A stretch of 48,356 bases of DNA, counting the filler, from Sphacelaria rigidula (Eukaryota): the NCBI GenBank assembly GCA_964200075.2. It is 3 parts of 3 records of this genome, joined end to end, with 100 filler letters (N's around TTAATTAATTAA, not from the genome) between each part and the next. Parts side by side here need not be neighbours in the genome. Positions count along the whole stretch, not along the records: positions 16,154 to 32,205 come from CAXNAA020001502.1; positions 32,306 to 48,356 come from CAXNAA020001503.1; 1 more part is not named here. One strand, 5' to 3'. Positions 22,030 through 35,526 of the stretch are shown here, in pieces (the first letter of the stretch is position 1; each line of letters begins with the position of its first letter). Made by a program: the position numbers and the translations under genes. The notes below the pieces were generated by a model that saw nothing but the letters and a program-made list of their open reading frames with translations, made no database searches and was not told the origin of the DNA.

Positions 22030-24702
22030 GGGCAATATACAAAAAAAGGGTACACCCTGGTGCTTTTGGAACAAAAAACGGTGACGCTTTTTTCGCTTCG
22101 AGGCGCGCGCGCTGCACGCGGACTGAAGACCTCGAAAACACGTTCCAACACCTCAGCCCCACGCCCAAGGTGTCTGGGTAGCATACCCGTCCATTTTTTT
22201 CATTTTCACTAGCGCTACTGGGCTGAACTACGGCGCCGAAAATGGGAGCCTGTGAGAGAACCCTTTTTTCAAGCAAGCCAGGAGGGTACACCCTACCCTC
22301 TGCTAAAACGTTATATCTACCCTTTTTTGCTCTCCTGTTGGCCCTCTTTTGTGAAGTTGTGACCCTTTTTTGTGAAGTGGTGACCGTACTGCCGTCTCAG
22401 CACAAGTTACGCCGAGCAGTCACAACGATAGCCATTTTCGGTAAAATTCTACCCCACCAAAAAATCCGAAACCCAACGACCAGAAGAGTGAGACCCCCTG
22501 TTGGTCGGTCCGAAGATCCGGAAGATCCAACGATGCATACAGATCGCTTGTGTGCCGGAGCTCACAAAGATCCAACGAAAATGGGTGGAAATTTTGCCGA
22601 CACACCAGCCCCAACGGCATCATGCGGAGACAACATCAGACCGTTGCCGGATCTGCAATTTGCGGCTCGAAAACGAAGATGGACACCGACCGGACTCCGT
22701 ATTGGAGCAAAAACGCTCGAAGCGAACGACGCAGACTATGCAGTCGGGCGTCTTCCTCCGATCGCTGCCGTTGTACCCATGCCCCTTCCAGACCAGCGCT
22801 TGATCGCCGTGACCGACGGACCACAACCCAAGCAACACGTACGTACACTAGACTGAGTGCTTACCCACAGCAGCAAAGGTCAACACGCTACACCGCCGCG
22901 GAACAATGACAATGCCCCCCACAAATGGTGCTATGCTGCACGCTGGCGCCGATCATTCACCAAACAGCAAATTGTTCACCTCGGCCCACCCCCAGAGAAA
23001 AGGAGATTCACGGGCTCTAAGTGCTGATACATTATGGAAGGGTCATAGACGTGGAACAGAATGAAGTCGGGTCGGGGAAAAAAAACAAACGTTTTCGTGA
23101 AATTGAGGGTTGAAGGTATGATCGAGAGTGAAAAGCGCTCAATAATTAGCGAATAAGCCGTTTCAGTTCCGAAATGCACTCCCACCAGGTCCAATATTCT
23201 CCTCAGTAGATTGCCACTGAGGCCCTCGATACCCCTGAGTAGGATATCAACGTGTAGCTGTAAGCACATGGCAGTGATGAGACGAAGAAAAGCACACACG
23301 GAATGGAAAATTGGCCAAGTTAAAGCGAATGATCAAAGCCACTCTCAATCGGCACCCAACTCTTAATCTCACGAAAACCTTGTTAAAAGTGATCGCACGC
23401 TGCGCCGCATCGTGTACACAGAAACGCCGACTATACCAACAAGGTTTCCGTGAGATTGAGAGTAGAGGATGCAATTGAGGGTGAAAATTAGTCAAATAGT
23501 GAGAGAACCGCTACAGTTCCAAAATGCCCCTCCATGAGGCCCGATATGCTCTCTGTAGTAGCTTGCCACCAAGGCCCTTGTCATCCCTAAGTAGGATATC
23601 GACGTGTAGCTGTGGGCACACACACGCCAGTGGTGGAGCCAAAGAAAAGCACACACGCGAGGAAAAATAGCTAAGTTCAAGCCAATGCTCAAAGCCACTC
23701 TCAATCAGCGCTCTACTCTCAATCTCACGAAAACGTTGTTTACCGTCGTGCATATATTTTGTATGTTCGAACCCGGTTCATGCTGTGCGCACTCTAGATG
23801 CAGTTACGCAGGACCAAGTCTAGTGAGTGTACCGTTAGGAACAAGTTTGACCCTCACAACACAGACGCCCCTCACATGGGGTCAGATGAACGATGCCACA
23901 TCTGGGTTTCAGAATAGTCGTTTCATTACAGCACAAAATGCCTTTTTTTCAAGAGCATGTGGACATATTGACCGGTGCGCCGGTCTCGCAGCTTTAAGTA
24001 TTCCGAGTGATGGTCTCACCGGCGCAACGGCAGCGATCGGAGGAAGACGCCCGACTGCACAGTCTGCGTCGTTCGCTTCGAGCGTTTTTGCTCCAATACG
24101 GAGTCCGGTCGGTGTCCATCTCCGTTTTCGAGCCGCAAATTGCAGATCCGGCAACGGTCTGATGTTGTCTCCGCATGATGCCGTTCGGGCTGGTGTGTCG
24201 GCAAAATTTCCACCCATGTTCGTTGGATCTTCCGGATCTTCGGACCGACCAACAGGGGGTCTCACTCTTCTGGTCGTTGGGTTTCGGATTTTTTGGTGGG
24301 GTAGAATTTTACCGAAAATGGCTATCGTTGTGACTGCTCGGCGTAACTTGTGCTGAGACGGCAGTACGGTCACCACTTCACAAAAGAGGGCCAACAGGAG
24401 AGCAAAAAAGGGTAGATATAACTTTTTAGCAGACGGCAGGGTGTACCCTCCTGGCTTGCTTGAAAAAAGGGTTCTCTCACAGGCTCCCATTTTCGGCGCC
24501 GTAGTTCAGCCCAGTAGCGCTAGTGAAAATGAAAAAAATGGACAGGTATGCTACCCAGACACCTTGGGCGTGGGGCTGAAGTGCTGGAACGTGTTTTCGA
24601 GGTCTTCAGTCCGCGTGCAGCGCGCGCGCCTCGAAGCGAAAAAAGCGTCACCGTTTTTTGTTCCAAAAGCATCAGGGTGTACCCTTTTTTCGTATATTGC
24701 CC
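22030..24702. mobile_element. Non-autonomous Mutator-like (MULE/foldback) element with long TIRs (22030-22773 and 24025-24702)
   Basis: Near-identical inverted arms start GGGCAATATAC. The flanks aatacacaa / actacaaaa match at 7 of 9 positions, consistent with a decayed 9-bp TSD. No transposase is visible. Confidence 0.8.
23085..23740. mobile_element. Two tandem MITE family B copies (23085-23384 and 23438-23740) inside the MULE spacer
   Basis: Each ~300-bp unit starts GTTT(T/C)CGTGA(A/G)ATTGAG and ends AATCTCACGAAAAC(C/G)TTGTT. The units are similar to each other and to 7554-8038. Confidence 0.75.
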
Positions 24703-26896
24703 ACTACAAAATATACGTGAAAGTGGTCTTTTTTTATCCCATTCATTCTTGGAAAGATATCTCTTCTCCGATCAATGCTTTAGTACAACAACCCATCACT
24801 CGATCACTCATTCTTCATGATGCATGCATGTATGACGTATTATGAACCATGACCATAATAACAATAAAAACTTATTTCATGGCACCAGCTTTCTCATGAC
24901 CTCCATTCCTCCATCACCCCGCTTCCTTCACGCACGAGACTCCTGATTCTACTCCTCCCCCCTAGCTACCCTGTACTGCAGCACGGAGAGGAAGTGGAGG
25001 GGGGGCGGAAGGTGAGGCTACGATATCCTGCGACGTACCCAAACGGCCTCATCTCTCGAAAACAGAAACATACAAGCACACACACGAACACAGACACCTT
25101 CAAAAACTTCACTACAGAAAACTCTGACCTTCTCTTGCCCCGTTTTGGCGATGAGAAGAGGTGAGGTGAAAAAAAAGAAGGGCAAAACGCGCCGCCACTC
25201 TTTCCATCAACGTTTTTACAACACGAAAAACTCGGAAGGCACGGGTGGAAGGATTCCCCTCTCCAGGTACCCCCATATTCATGACCCCACCTCCCTCTCC
25301 CCTGTCGTTGTTGGGTATATACCATGTACCATGCATGACCGTCAGAGTGGGTGGAAGTTCGTTCGATAACGAACGGTGTACGTAAAGCGCACAAGAAAAA
25401 AGTAAAAACGCGAAAAAAACATAGTTTACTATTTGCTGCTTGGGAGTACCGTAAGTAAGTACAAACATTGAAACGATGGAGGATGAGAGCACCCACTTCG
25501 TCTCCGGGTTCCGTGTCCCTCTTCTTGACTGTTGCTGAAAGAACACATGGGGCTGTGGGGATTGGAAGACATCTGACGTATAGACCAGACCAAATACACA
25601 CGTATACTCACCACAAAAACACAAATTACTGGAACAAAAGAAGGTGGTCATTTCTCTTGAACGCATCTTGATCATTTGTCAAACCATGACAAAAGCTTTT
25701 TTTCGATCGTCATCAACACTTTTCTCACGCTCACTCTCGTCAAAACAAAAGTGAGGAGGAACAAACAAGAACAAACGAAAACGTAACAAGAAACAAAAAC
25801 AAAAAAACACTCAAGTTTTTGCAAAAAGACGATGACGGAAAAAGAATGAACATGATAGAAGCAACAGAAGGAAACAACTTACTTGTACGTACTCATATGG
25901 CTTTGGAGAACAACCATCACAACAGGGTATAATTTACAGCGATAAACATCACCACCACCACTACCGTCATCAGCCATCAGCCATCATCATCAACGGTCAT
26001 TACCCATCATCATCATGGTTCACGACTTTTGCAACAAACACCACAACTGCCCCAGCAGCCTGCAACACAAACACACGAAAAGCAAAATGCGCCATCTTGT
26101 CGCGCCACGAGCAGTGTCCACAAGCAACATCCGGCAAGTACACGCATGATCCCCAGCCTTACCGAGCTCAACTCCGATAAATCCCATCCCTTGATGCCAT
26201 TTCCTCTCTTCAACCCCCCCCTCCGGACCTCTCTTCATCTCTACTAACTGGCTCCCATTCCCTCATCTCGTACGACGTACTGCCCCCTTTTTTCTTGAAA
26301 CAAACTAAATACTGAATCTTCGAAATACTTCCACCCCCCGCTCCCGTCTGCTTTTTGTCGCCATCAGAACCCCACAAAACGCATCACATACTCCCAATGT
26401 TACTTCATCCCTCAAAAAAACGCGATGAAAGCTTTCACTATCAATATATTGGAGATACAGAAGCCAACGAAAAACCAAAAACAAGGCGAACAACAGCCAA
26501 GGAGACGCGAAGACTCGAAAAACTCACCGTATAGTAAAAATACAATACAATACACTTTCGATCCCATGGAAGGCGACAAAAAAAACACAAATAGCGACAG
26601 CCTAAACCACGTGCGTGCGCAGATATATACAAATACCATCGAGGTGAAATGTATTACACAGACAAAAAGTCACACATTTCGCCGACAGTCACCAGCACTA
26701 GCACCAAAATATGGGGGAAAGAAAAAGGAAAAAGGAAAAAAGAGACGCCCATGATGCACCGTGCGTTATTTGATAGTAGTACTCTTGTCATGGAAAATAA
26801 CAAGAACAAAAAAGGAACAAGAAAAAAAAAAGACGAGCCACGCCAGCATCACGTACTGTACGATAACAACATCTCAAAGCGAGTTTGAGTTCCTAT

Positions 26897-28175
26897 TCAC
26901 GACGTGGAAGCGGAGGCATTAGTGGTACTAGTACTCGAAATATTCGCCGGTGGCGGTTCGGCGCTCAAAACTTCACCGACGTGCTTGAACGTGGGTCGGG
27001 AGATAGGGTTTTTTCGCCAGCAGAGATACATGAGCTTACCTGAACAACAAACGAGAACCGGGGTTGCGGAGGAGTGAAGGGGGAGGGGGGGGGCGTCAGC
27101 TTTGAACTGTTGTTTTGTGTTCCCCTTGTGCCAATAAAAACTGAAATACCAGCAAAAAAAACAGTCTTGAGTATTCCAAGGGTCGGACGAATGATTGATT
27201 TGTCTACAAATAACTCGAGTTGAGTGTGATTGATTTGCACAGTATTCCTTTTTTGACCCGTGGTCGACCTTTTTCTCTCTTTCGAGCGATCAGGCCTGAA
27301 AAATCGTGGGTTCGGTGACTCGAACCGACGATCATTCATTGGAACCGTGATATATTCCCCGAGTAGTTATTACGGAATATGTAAGCGCATGGTCTGGGAC
27401 CAAAGGCCTGGACCTGGATAGTAACACCGGACAACAAATGAAGAGACTACAATTGAAAATGACTCACTGTATGCGATGGGGATCTCCATCGCTACGGGGG
27501 GAGTGCTGCCTTCCAGTATCATGGACTTGAGCTGTGTATGACGCAAAAACAAGCACAAGAAAATGGTAATGGCGGCGAAGGAGGGAGGACGGGAGGTCAG
27601 ATCAGTGCGTGCGTGCATGTGTGCGTGCGTGCGTATATGTATGTGTGTACGATGTTTCAATTGTACGTTTACACAGTTTTCTTTGTTGCATCTGTGTTTA
27701 TTGTTGCCGAGTCTGGCGGCTGAAAATGGAAAATGACTAGAGCGGAAAAATGATCAGCTTTCGGAATACGCTCACTTCCTTGGACGTGATTTTACCCCGC
27801 CCCTCTGACAGACTACAATCACGAGCCTTCTCGAATCCCAATCTTGTCGCCAATGCCAAAAAACGAGTCGCTTGCGGGAATTTTCACATTTCACCGCACC
27901 TTGTAGTCCGATTCGATTCATCGATTCATCGACTACCGCACCAACAATATTACATCCGTCACGTATCCAGCCGTGCTCACACAATGAGCGTACCCAAGCA
28001 AATCACGCCTTCCATGGGGTACAATTTCCAACACTTCATCGATGATGAACGCATCACGACATGAGTCACCACAAGACCAACTTTTCACATATTCATCCAT
28101 ATCATCAACTGATAACTCATGTCCCTGAACTCCCCGCGCCCCTCCCCATGAGCAGCTCAACAAAAACGGAACATG

Positions 28176-28206
<31 letters not shown>

Positions 28207-30027
28207 ACCCCCACCCCCCTCCCAACCACACAACACCACCAAACAANNNNNNNNNNAACTAATAACTCATGCCCCTGACCCCCCCCCCCCCCCCCCCATG
28301 CGCCCCCCAAAAAAAACGAAACATAACCCCCCCCCCCCCCCCCTCCCCCCCACATCTCATTTCTCATCAAAAACGAAAAAAAATCAAGAAAAATACTCTA
28401 CAACGAAAAGTTCGTATCGTATCGTCGACTGCAGAGTGCGCGTGTGAATGTTGAAGCATGACCATACCTTCTCGTCAGGCACTCCGTCCCACGGCAGCTT
28501 CGCGCCGCCGCACAAAATCTCCCACAAAATGACGCCCATGCTGAGATCATGCACCAGGATGCGTCATCACACGAAGCAGCGGGGGAAGAGTCAGTTGGGA
28601 AGTATACTCATCATTTTGCATACCGTAGTCACAAGACCATTGACCTCGCGTCCCTACAAAGTCGGGACGGGGCACGCCGGGTTTTCGCCGGGCCAGGGGG
28701 TGAGATAGCATGGACGAAAAGAAAAAGAAAAATGGAAAATAGGAGAAGAGGGGAAAAAAATAATACAAAACCGAAATCATGAAGTTATCAAGGACGACAG
28801 GGCAGAACGTACCCACGACGATCCTCACCTGTACACATCGCTGGCAGTGGTGAACGGATCAGAGCCGTCAGCCGTTGGGCGAAGCAGTTCGGGCGCTGTC
28901 CAGCGCAGTGTGGCAGATCGCCAAGCCATGCACTTGTGCTTGGCAAGGCTGCTACTGTTGCTGTTGTAGGCGTTCGTGGGCTTTCCGCTCCCGTCTGCGC
29001 AGAGCAGTACCTCCATCGTCGACGCGAACCCATAGTCGGCAACCTGTTTTTAGCGGTCGGCGTTGGTATTTTTTTTTCCCCGCTCCTCGCTCGTCGTAAG
29101 CTTGATGGATCAAACCGATCCGTGACGCTCTGGTAAACAACCTTTCCGACGAAATATTATTTTCTTTTTCAGCTGTTCATTCCGCGACGGCCAAGAAACC
29201 GTGATTGCGGACCAAATTAAGGGGATTGTCACTACACACGGAAACGGATTCTGTTCCGTGTTGCCACCGACCACGACACTAATTTGGGAAGAGCATATTT
29301 ACCGTTGGACGACCCCGTTCCTTGTACGAATCCCTTCTGATTCCAAAACTTTGATGCGATAAATGAACAGTTCTGCGACTCCTTCCAATAATCCAGTACA
29401 TGGCTTCAGAAACCCCACGAACGTACTGCCCGACGGGTCTGCTGCCTCAACAATAGAACATGACTTCCAACGCCCAACCGTACGTCTACGGGCTCGATCG
29501 TATCCGAGTCAAAATAACGTGTCAGGGAAGTGTGCGGCCAAGAACATTTGGCGAGAGAGAAGTTTGTCATGCGCTTCCCGCCAATCCATCCTTCCCCTTC
29601 CTTTCTTCAGCCGTCTGTTCAGCTTCACTTTTTGTCTTATCTTCACTGCCAAACTGTTACCGCTGTTTTTTTTGGTGCTCACAACCTCTAGATTATCATC
29701 TCATTTCTTATTTCGCTTTTCCCCAGTTATAGAGTTATTATTTGCTTAGCGAACGAACGCATTATTTTTTTGTTTGCTTGTTTTTTCACACTGATAACAA
29801 ACGTACACTGAGTGACCACGGCTGCATTTGCACAACAACCAAAAAGAGATTACCCACACCAACAAATTCAACAACCAGTGAATCAATCGTCAGCCAAAAG
29901 TCCTACAGTCGGTCATGGATAGCCATATTCTAAAATACGACAAAAAAACGTGGCAATATATTTGTTGTTGGGACTGGGAAAAAAAATGGGGAAAAACGAT
30001 CAGGCGCGAGCATTTTTTCTTTTCATT

Positions 30028-30091
<64 letters not shown>

Positions 30092-32055
30092 TATAAATGG
30101 GTCGTCTGTGATCCCATCATCGAAAATAAACTGTCAGCCAAGTACCGCGGGAGAGACAGACGACTTGGCTCGATTCCTTGAGAAATTTAGACAGCAAGCC
30201 ATGGATCACAGACTACGGAGTCCTTTCCATGGAAGGCGAGGGGTGAAAGATGTGACGACAATATTGCAAATATATATAACCTCAGCTTCACGCATGGCAA
30301 AAAAACGAAAAAAGGGGGGAAAATATTAACGCCGATCCCAACTTGAAACATGACGGATGACATGAGGATGTTTCGATTGGTTACTTTTCGATTTTTTGTC
30401 GTACTTCGACTGAACCCCCAGGCATCCAGCCGTGGAACGGATTTCTGACGGATGTATATAGCGCTCACCTTAGCCCCCCACTCTTTGGTGATGAGCACAT
30501 TATGGCTGTGCAAATTGCGGTGATGCACACCGTGCTCCTCCAGGTACGCCATGCCCAGTGCCACGTCCTGAACGACGGGACAAGAAAAAAGCAAAGCAAA
30601 CAACGACCGTAAAAAAAAAAAAATGAGGAGAGGGGAAGAACTTGTTTGTTTTGTGCAGATATTTCGTTTCTCGCCTTCCTCTGCGGGCTGTTTGAGTTAT
30701 GGGTATCAGTCGTATAATCCTGCACTCTGTGACCACGGGTTTGAGAGATCGAGCTAATGTCAAAAATATAATAATAAATGAAACAAACCGGCGCTTTCTA
30801 CGATAGTCCCCCCCCGCAAAACCAGCCCAAGACTGTCACGAAGAAAATGGTCATACAGCGCCTCATATGAGCGACATTGGCGAAAACGAACCCACGCGTA
30901 TGAATTCCCAGTTGTTCGTTGTGTTCGGCTGTCTTCATTTCAAATTACGTAAAGATTTTGCCTGCTCACACCCGCCACTTTTTCTTTTTTTTTTGGGGGG
31001 GGGGCTATCGTAAAAAGTTTCACAGTAGTGACAAGAAAAATAACATAAAAACGACAATAACCGACGTAGATTACTTCAGTAAAGAGAGAAAAGAGCAGAA
31101 GACAATATGATAACTGTTGAGAGCAGTTACGGCAGAGCTCAGCCTCATAAGCAATGCCTCACATGAAGGTCACCAGACAGTCTGCCTTCATACAGTGCCC
31201 GTACAAGGCAGTCCGCTGATTCGCAATGGACATTCATGCCATACTCTCCAAACAGGCCCGCTCAACTATCTTCCAACCCTTCGACGGCCAGAGTAGGAAA
31301 TGATGCTGAGTCAACGGATCAACCACCCTGGCGGTCAAATGATACTCGTGAAAATATATCACACCGTGGACAATGGATCACGTTGTCAAAAATCGTACTG
31401 CGTACGGTATTGCGACAAACCCGCAATAGACACAGTGATCAAAACTGTACGCATACACCCAGCCATTGTCCAGGGTGGGAAACTATCGTCGTCGAACAGA
31501 GCCGCCAACCCCCCGTGTTCCTGATGAGACTCTCCTCAGACACCCAGTCGACCCTGTACAGAACAAATCCCACCACAGCACGGTCAAGTCACCCTCTCTA
31601 GTCCAGGCATTTTTCTTCGGTCTTCTTTCTTCTCGTAAGTCTACTCTGTTGTCCTGTTCTACTTTTCCTGTTGTTTTTTTCTTCAGCAAGTGGTTCAGTT
31701 TTGATTCATCTCGAGTACGTCCATCACGTAAACATCAACGGCTGGATCTCTGGGGGGGGGGGGTCAGTTAAAGTGCGACAATTGAAGTCACAAGTCCGAT
31801 CCACTATAGCAAGATCGAGTAATTATACTGTGTCATCATGCAGTCATGCCGGCAACTCACAGCAGTATGATGAGACCCCCCAGCGCGACACTGTGTGCAT
31901 GACCCACCTTCATTATTTTCCGTCGAACGTCCGCCGTCAGACTATCCCTCTTCGCCTTGTCGTTTAGTACTCCCCTCAGCGGCCCTCGCTTGACGAGATC
32001 CGTTACGATGGTCAATTCACTCGGAGTGGCTACAGCGCCATACACAGCCGACACA
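26897..32055 (-). CDS. 5'-partial spliced gene for a TKL-like protein kinase domain, probable pseudokinase; exons 31908-32055, 30469-30567, 28829-29043, 28468-28540, 27468-27531, 26897-27039
   Basis: GT-AG junctions with matching phases give ...IVTDLVKRGPL...DVALGMAYLEEHGVHHRNLHSHNVLI...AKVADYGFA...RWTAPE...SDVYSMGVILWEI...PW...CWRKNPISRPTF...stop (subdomains IV-XI). The N-lobe exons were not found, and a scaffold gap follows at 32206. Confidence 0.9.
30028..30090. repeat. (AAC)n microsatellite in a kinase intron
   Basis: Perfect aac run. Confidence 0.95.
30801..31010. mobile_element. MITE family A, uninterrupted copy; TA flanks suggest Tc1/mariner type
   Basis: TA|CGATAGTCCCCCC ... GGGGGGCTATCG|TA. 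Confidence 0.75.
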
Positions 32056-32399
32056 CTGGTCCCGCATGCAACCCATCGAAACACAGAAACAAGAGAATCA
32101 AAGGTTAGTCGATTTGTTTCATTGGCTTAACAGGGGGGGGGGGGGGGTACGGATGCTAACGAGTCCCATAGTCGCAGGACGACCTATATCGCCTCCATCC
32201 ATTGCNNNNNNNNNNNNNNNNNNNNNNNNNNNNNNNNNNNNNNNNNNNNTTAATTAATTAANNNNNNNNNNNNNNNNNNNNNNNNNNNNNNNNNNNNNNN
32301 NNNNNCTCTTTCGATACCCTGGGCATTGTTTGACGTGCCATCGGTCCCAAGATATAGATTTTTTCCCACCAGGTGCCTCAAGCGTATTTTAATTGGTAC

Positions 32400-34160
32400 A
32401 TTTCCCTCTAAAAGGCTTATGACACAGTAGGATGGAGAAATAAGCTGTGGAAAAAGTTGTGGGAAACTGGGATCAGGGGAAAGATGTGAAGAATGGTAAA
32501 GAGGATGACAGGATGTGCCAAAAGTGCTATGATGCTCTACGGGGAAATGTCGAAATATTTTGATATCTTACAAGGAGTTGCACAAGGATGTACGTTATCA
32601 CCCACTTTGTTCAAGGTATTCATTAATGACCTGAAAATAGCAATAGAAGCAGCAAAGCAAGGGGTCAAGGTGGGTGAAAATGTCATATCAGGATTGATGT
32701 TCGCGGATGATTTTGTGGGGATTCCAGAAACAGCAGAAGAATTGCAAAAACAAAGAGAAAAGGCTCCACAATACACAAGGAAATGGACAGTAACAGCGAA
32801 TGTTAACAAATGAACGGTACTCGTATGTAATGAAGATTAAGAAAAATTCGGTAGAGTTCAAATGGAGTGGGGAGAAGAGGAACTGCCGGTCGTAGACCAA
32901 TAAACGTACCTTGGTGTAGAGGTCTCAAGAAACTGTCCTTGGGATGCACACATGAATAAAGTAATAGAAAAGGGTAAGACACAGATAGGAAGGATGGACG
33001 TGGTCCGCAGAGACTCGCATGTAGACACTAGGGTTAAGAGATGTATTCTAATAAACGTGATCGTACCAAAGCTGGAATATGCAGGAGAAGTATGGGAGGG
33101 GAACGTGGAGTTGGTGAAGAAGTTGGAAACAGTACAGAGGGCAGCAGCTAAGAAGATACTGGGATGCTCGAAAACGACGAGTAATACAGCACTGAGAGCA
33201 GAGTTGGGAGTGTACTCACGTAACCCTTACGGTAGACGGCGAGAGTAGGTCACCTGCTGAATCGGCATCAATGTTCACTTCGAAACAGCATGCGTGACCC
33301 AGATGGACTACCCGCACCGCGGTCTAAGGGTTAAAACAAACAGAGACATGAGAAAATTGTGGTGGCAATATAGCGTGAAGAACATGCAGAGAAAGATATT
33401 GCCAGCTGTAGTTGTTAAGGCTGTATGGAACAAAGGTACGAGAGAGGGAAGGCCGGAATAAGGCCGGATGAAGGAGTCGAGAAAGTATGAAAAGAGATAA
33501 GAGGAAACCAAGACGAAATGCTGTCCATAGGTGAAGGCGCGGGGTACAAGACAAAAATAAGGGACATGATGCAAATAAGGGGAAAAAGAGCGCTTCGACG
33601 CAAAGTAGACGATGAAGAACACCTGGAGATATAGGGGAGGTTGAGAGAAGGGATCGGGATGGAAACATATCTGCATGTCCCAATGGACGCGGCGAAAAAA
33701 ATGGAACTGTGATTTCGGGTGGGGGACCTGGACCTGCCAGAAAGAAGAAAGAGATATACCAGTAGCCATGTGTAGAAGGAAGCAGATAAACATAACTGCC
33801 CCTGTGGCAAATCAATAGAGAGCAGAAGTCATATAGTGGCAGAGTGTGAACCATACAAGGAGGAACGGGACGTGCTAGATGGAGAAATGCGGGACGTGAA
33901 CGAAGGTGGCATGAAATTGTCTGACGCATCAGACAGTAGGGAGAAAACGATGGCTTTAGTAGGAGATAGATGGTGGCCACAGACGGCGAAACAGGACGGG
34001 AATAAGATATAAAAAATGTTTTCGTGTAATGTATGGAGGAAACGTAATTAGCGCTGGAATGTTGGAGGTGTCTCTATCAGAAGGAGGAACAGTGCTCCGT
34101 CTCGAAAGGAACGCGTGGTCAATCGTCAAACGGATAAGGCAAGTAACAAATGAGTACGCC
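32400..34160 (+). mobile_element. Degenerate non-LTR retrotransposon (LINE): RT domain, C-terminal Cys/His knuckle and 3' end
   Basis: KAYDTV, QGVAQGCTLSPTLFKVFINDL, LMFADDFVG, YLGV, PKLEYAGEVW, ALRAELG and CPCGKSIESRSHIVAEC. There are multiple stops and frameshifts. Confidence 0.9.
33224..33330. mobile_element. piggyBac-like mini-element inserted in the LINE
   Basis: gTAA|CCCTTA ... TAAGGG|TTAA. Removing it with one flank copy restores the LINE frame (YSLKTNRDMRKL). Confidence 0.65.
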
Positions 34161-35485
34161 CACCCCCCTCGGGGGATTCTCCCTCACCCCCTTCTCTCCC
34201 TCCTTGAACAACGCTTGCAAAATCCGGTGGGATGTTGCGGCTAGTCGTCATCGTAAACCAACAAAAGACAAGTCATTCCATCCATCCGAGGTTAAGTGCA
34301 GGTGATCAAGTTTCATCATCTCGATTCTCTTGTGCGTGGCTTTGCTAAAGTTTCCAGGCACGAAGTACTTCCCGGGGGTAACTCAGGAATTAACCGTTCG
34401 CTACGGTAGCGCCAGCGCCGAGCTGAGCCGAGCTTAGCCTTTTCCAATTGAGTCGATTCCGCCACGTTCCCCATTTTTCTTTTCCTCCAGATTGTCCCAA
34501 AACCAAACTGGCAGCTGCCACTATTACTAACGAAAAAGGGTACACATCCTTCTTGCTATATTTCACGCAATTTCAAAAAGTATGGACGCACAGACGCATG
34601 ACGTCGCAGGCGCATTGCAGCTGGAGACAGCAGCCATATATCGCGCGCATTGAGTGTTGTGGCACGTATCTGTGTAGTGTTTCATCTGTTCATGATCATA
34701 ACGCCAAAAATCTAACAACACGCAGTACATTTCCTGTTCGCATCCCGTTCATTAGGAGCAAACATCCCGACCGCTGCGCCTTGCTCCAATCCCTACAGCA
34801 GTTTTTTGTTCTGACTTCCGTCCTCATAAGAGGTGAGAACGAGGGCTGGCAAAATAATCGATGACAGTCGACGTGCTGCCAGAGTGCTGATTCAGTGCTT
34901 GGTAACATAGTGCAAGACAGGTGCCGACAGAAACATGGCCTGCGTTGGTCCCTTGACACCACCCACTCGCCCCGAGGAAGACGGGGGGCTCGAACTGTAA
35001 TACGATAGACACACATGATCAGTCTCTAAGGAAATGATTAGGTACGAAGCTGCGCAGGTGGCACGGGGCGCTTCAGGGATTCGAGTAGTACTTCCCGTGC
35101 AGACGGGGCGGGTCCGGTGCGTCCCGTTACCCCACGTCCACAGATTTCTCGTCAGCGACGCATGTTGGACCCATTCCCGCTCCGTGCTGTGACGATTTTG
35201 ATGACGGAATGCCCCCTCTATCGAGAGTTGAATATGAACACCGCTGGCACAACAACCGCACCAATAGTCCACCAGGGATCGAAGAATGGAATGATCGAGT
35301 GAGTGGTTCGTTTTGCCCCAACCTGGGTAAGGGGAAAGGAGGGACGGCGCGGACACTGAAATCACCGCCTTTACCGTATGTTGTTGTTATTTTCTTGGTT
35401 TGCAACAACTTTAGTGATCTCCTGTTCAGTTCTGGTTTGTCTCTTTTCTTCCGTGTTTTTTTCTCATACATTGACTTCTGTCTGC

Positions 35486-35486
<1 letters not shown>

Positions 35487-35521
<35 letters not shown>
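35487..35521. repeat. (CT)n microsatellite
   Basis: Perfect tc run. Confidence 0.95.

Positions 35522-35526
<5 letters not shown>

Noticed and set aside
22242..24490. Mirror-image ORFs of 204 and 193 aa (and 123/134 aa)
   Set aside because: They arise from the two TIR arms and show no recognisable domain, so there is no evidence they are genes.
28100..28360. Apparent tandem duplications around 10-N gaps with long C/G runs (also ~14430-14650 and ~47710-47925)
   Set aside because: The same sequence on both sides of a small gap next to homopolymers most likely reflects unmerged contig overlaps.
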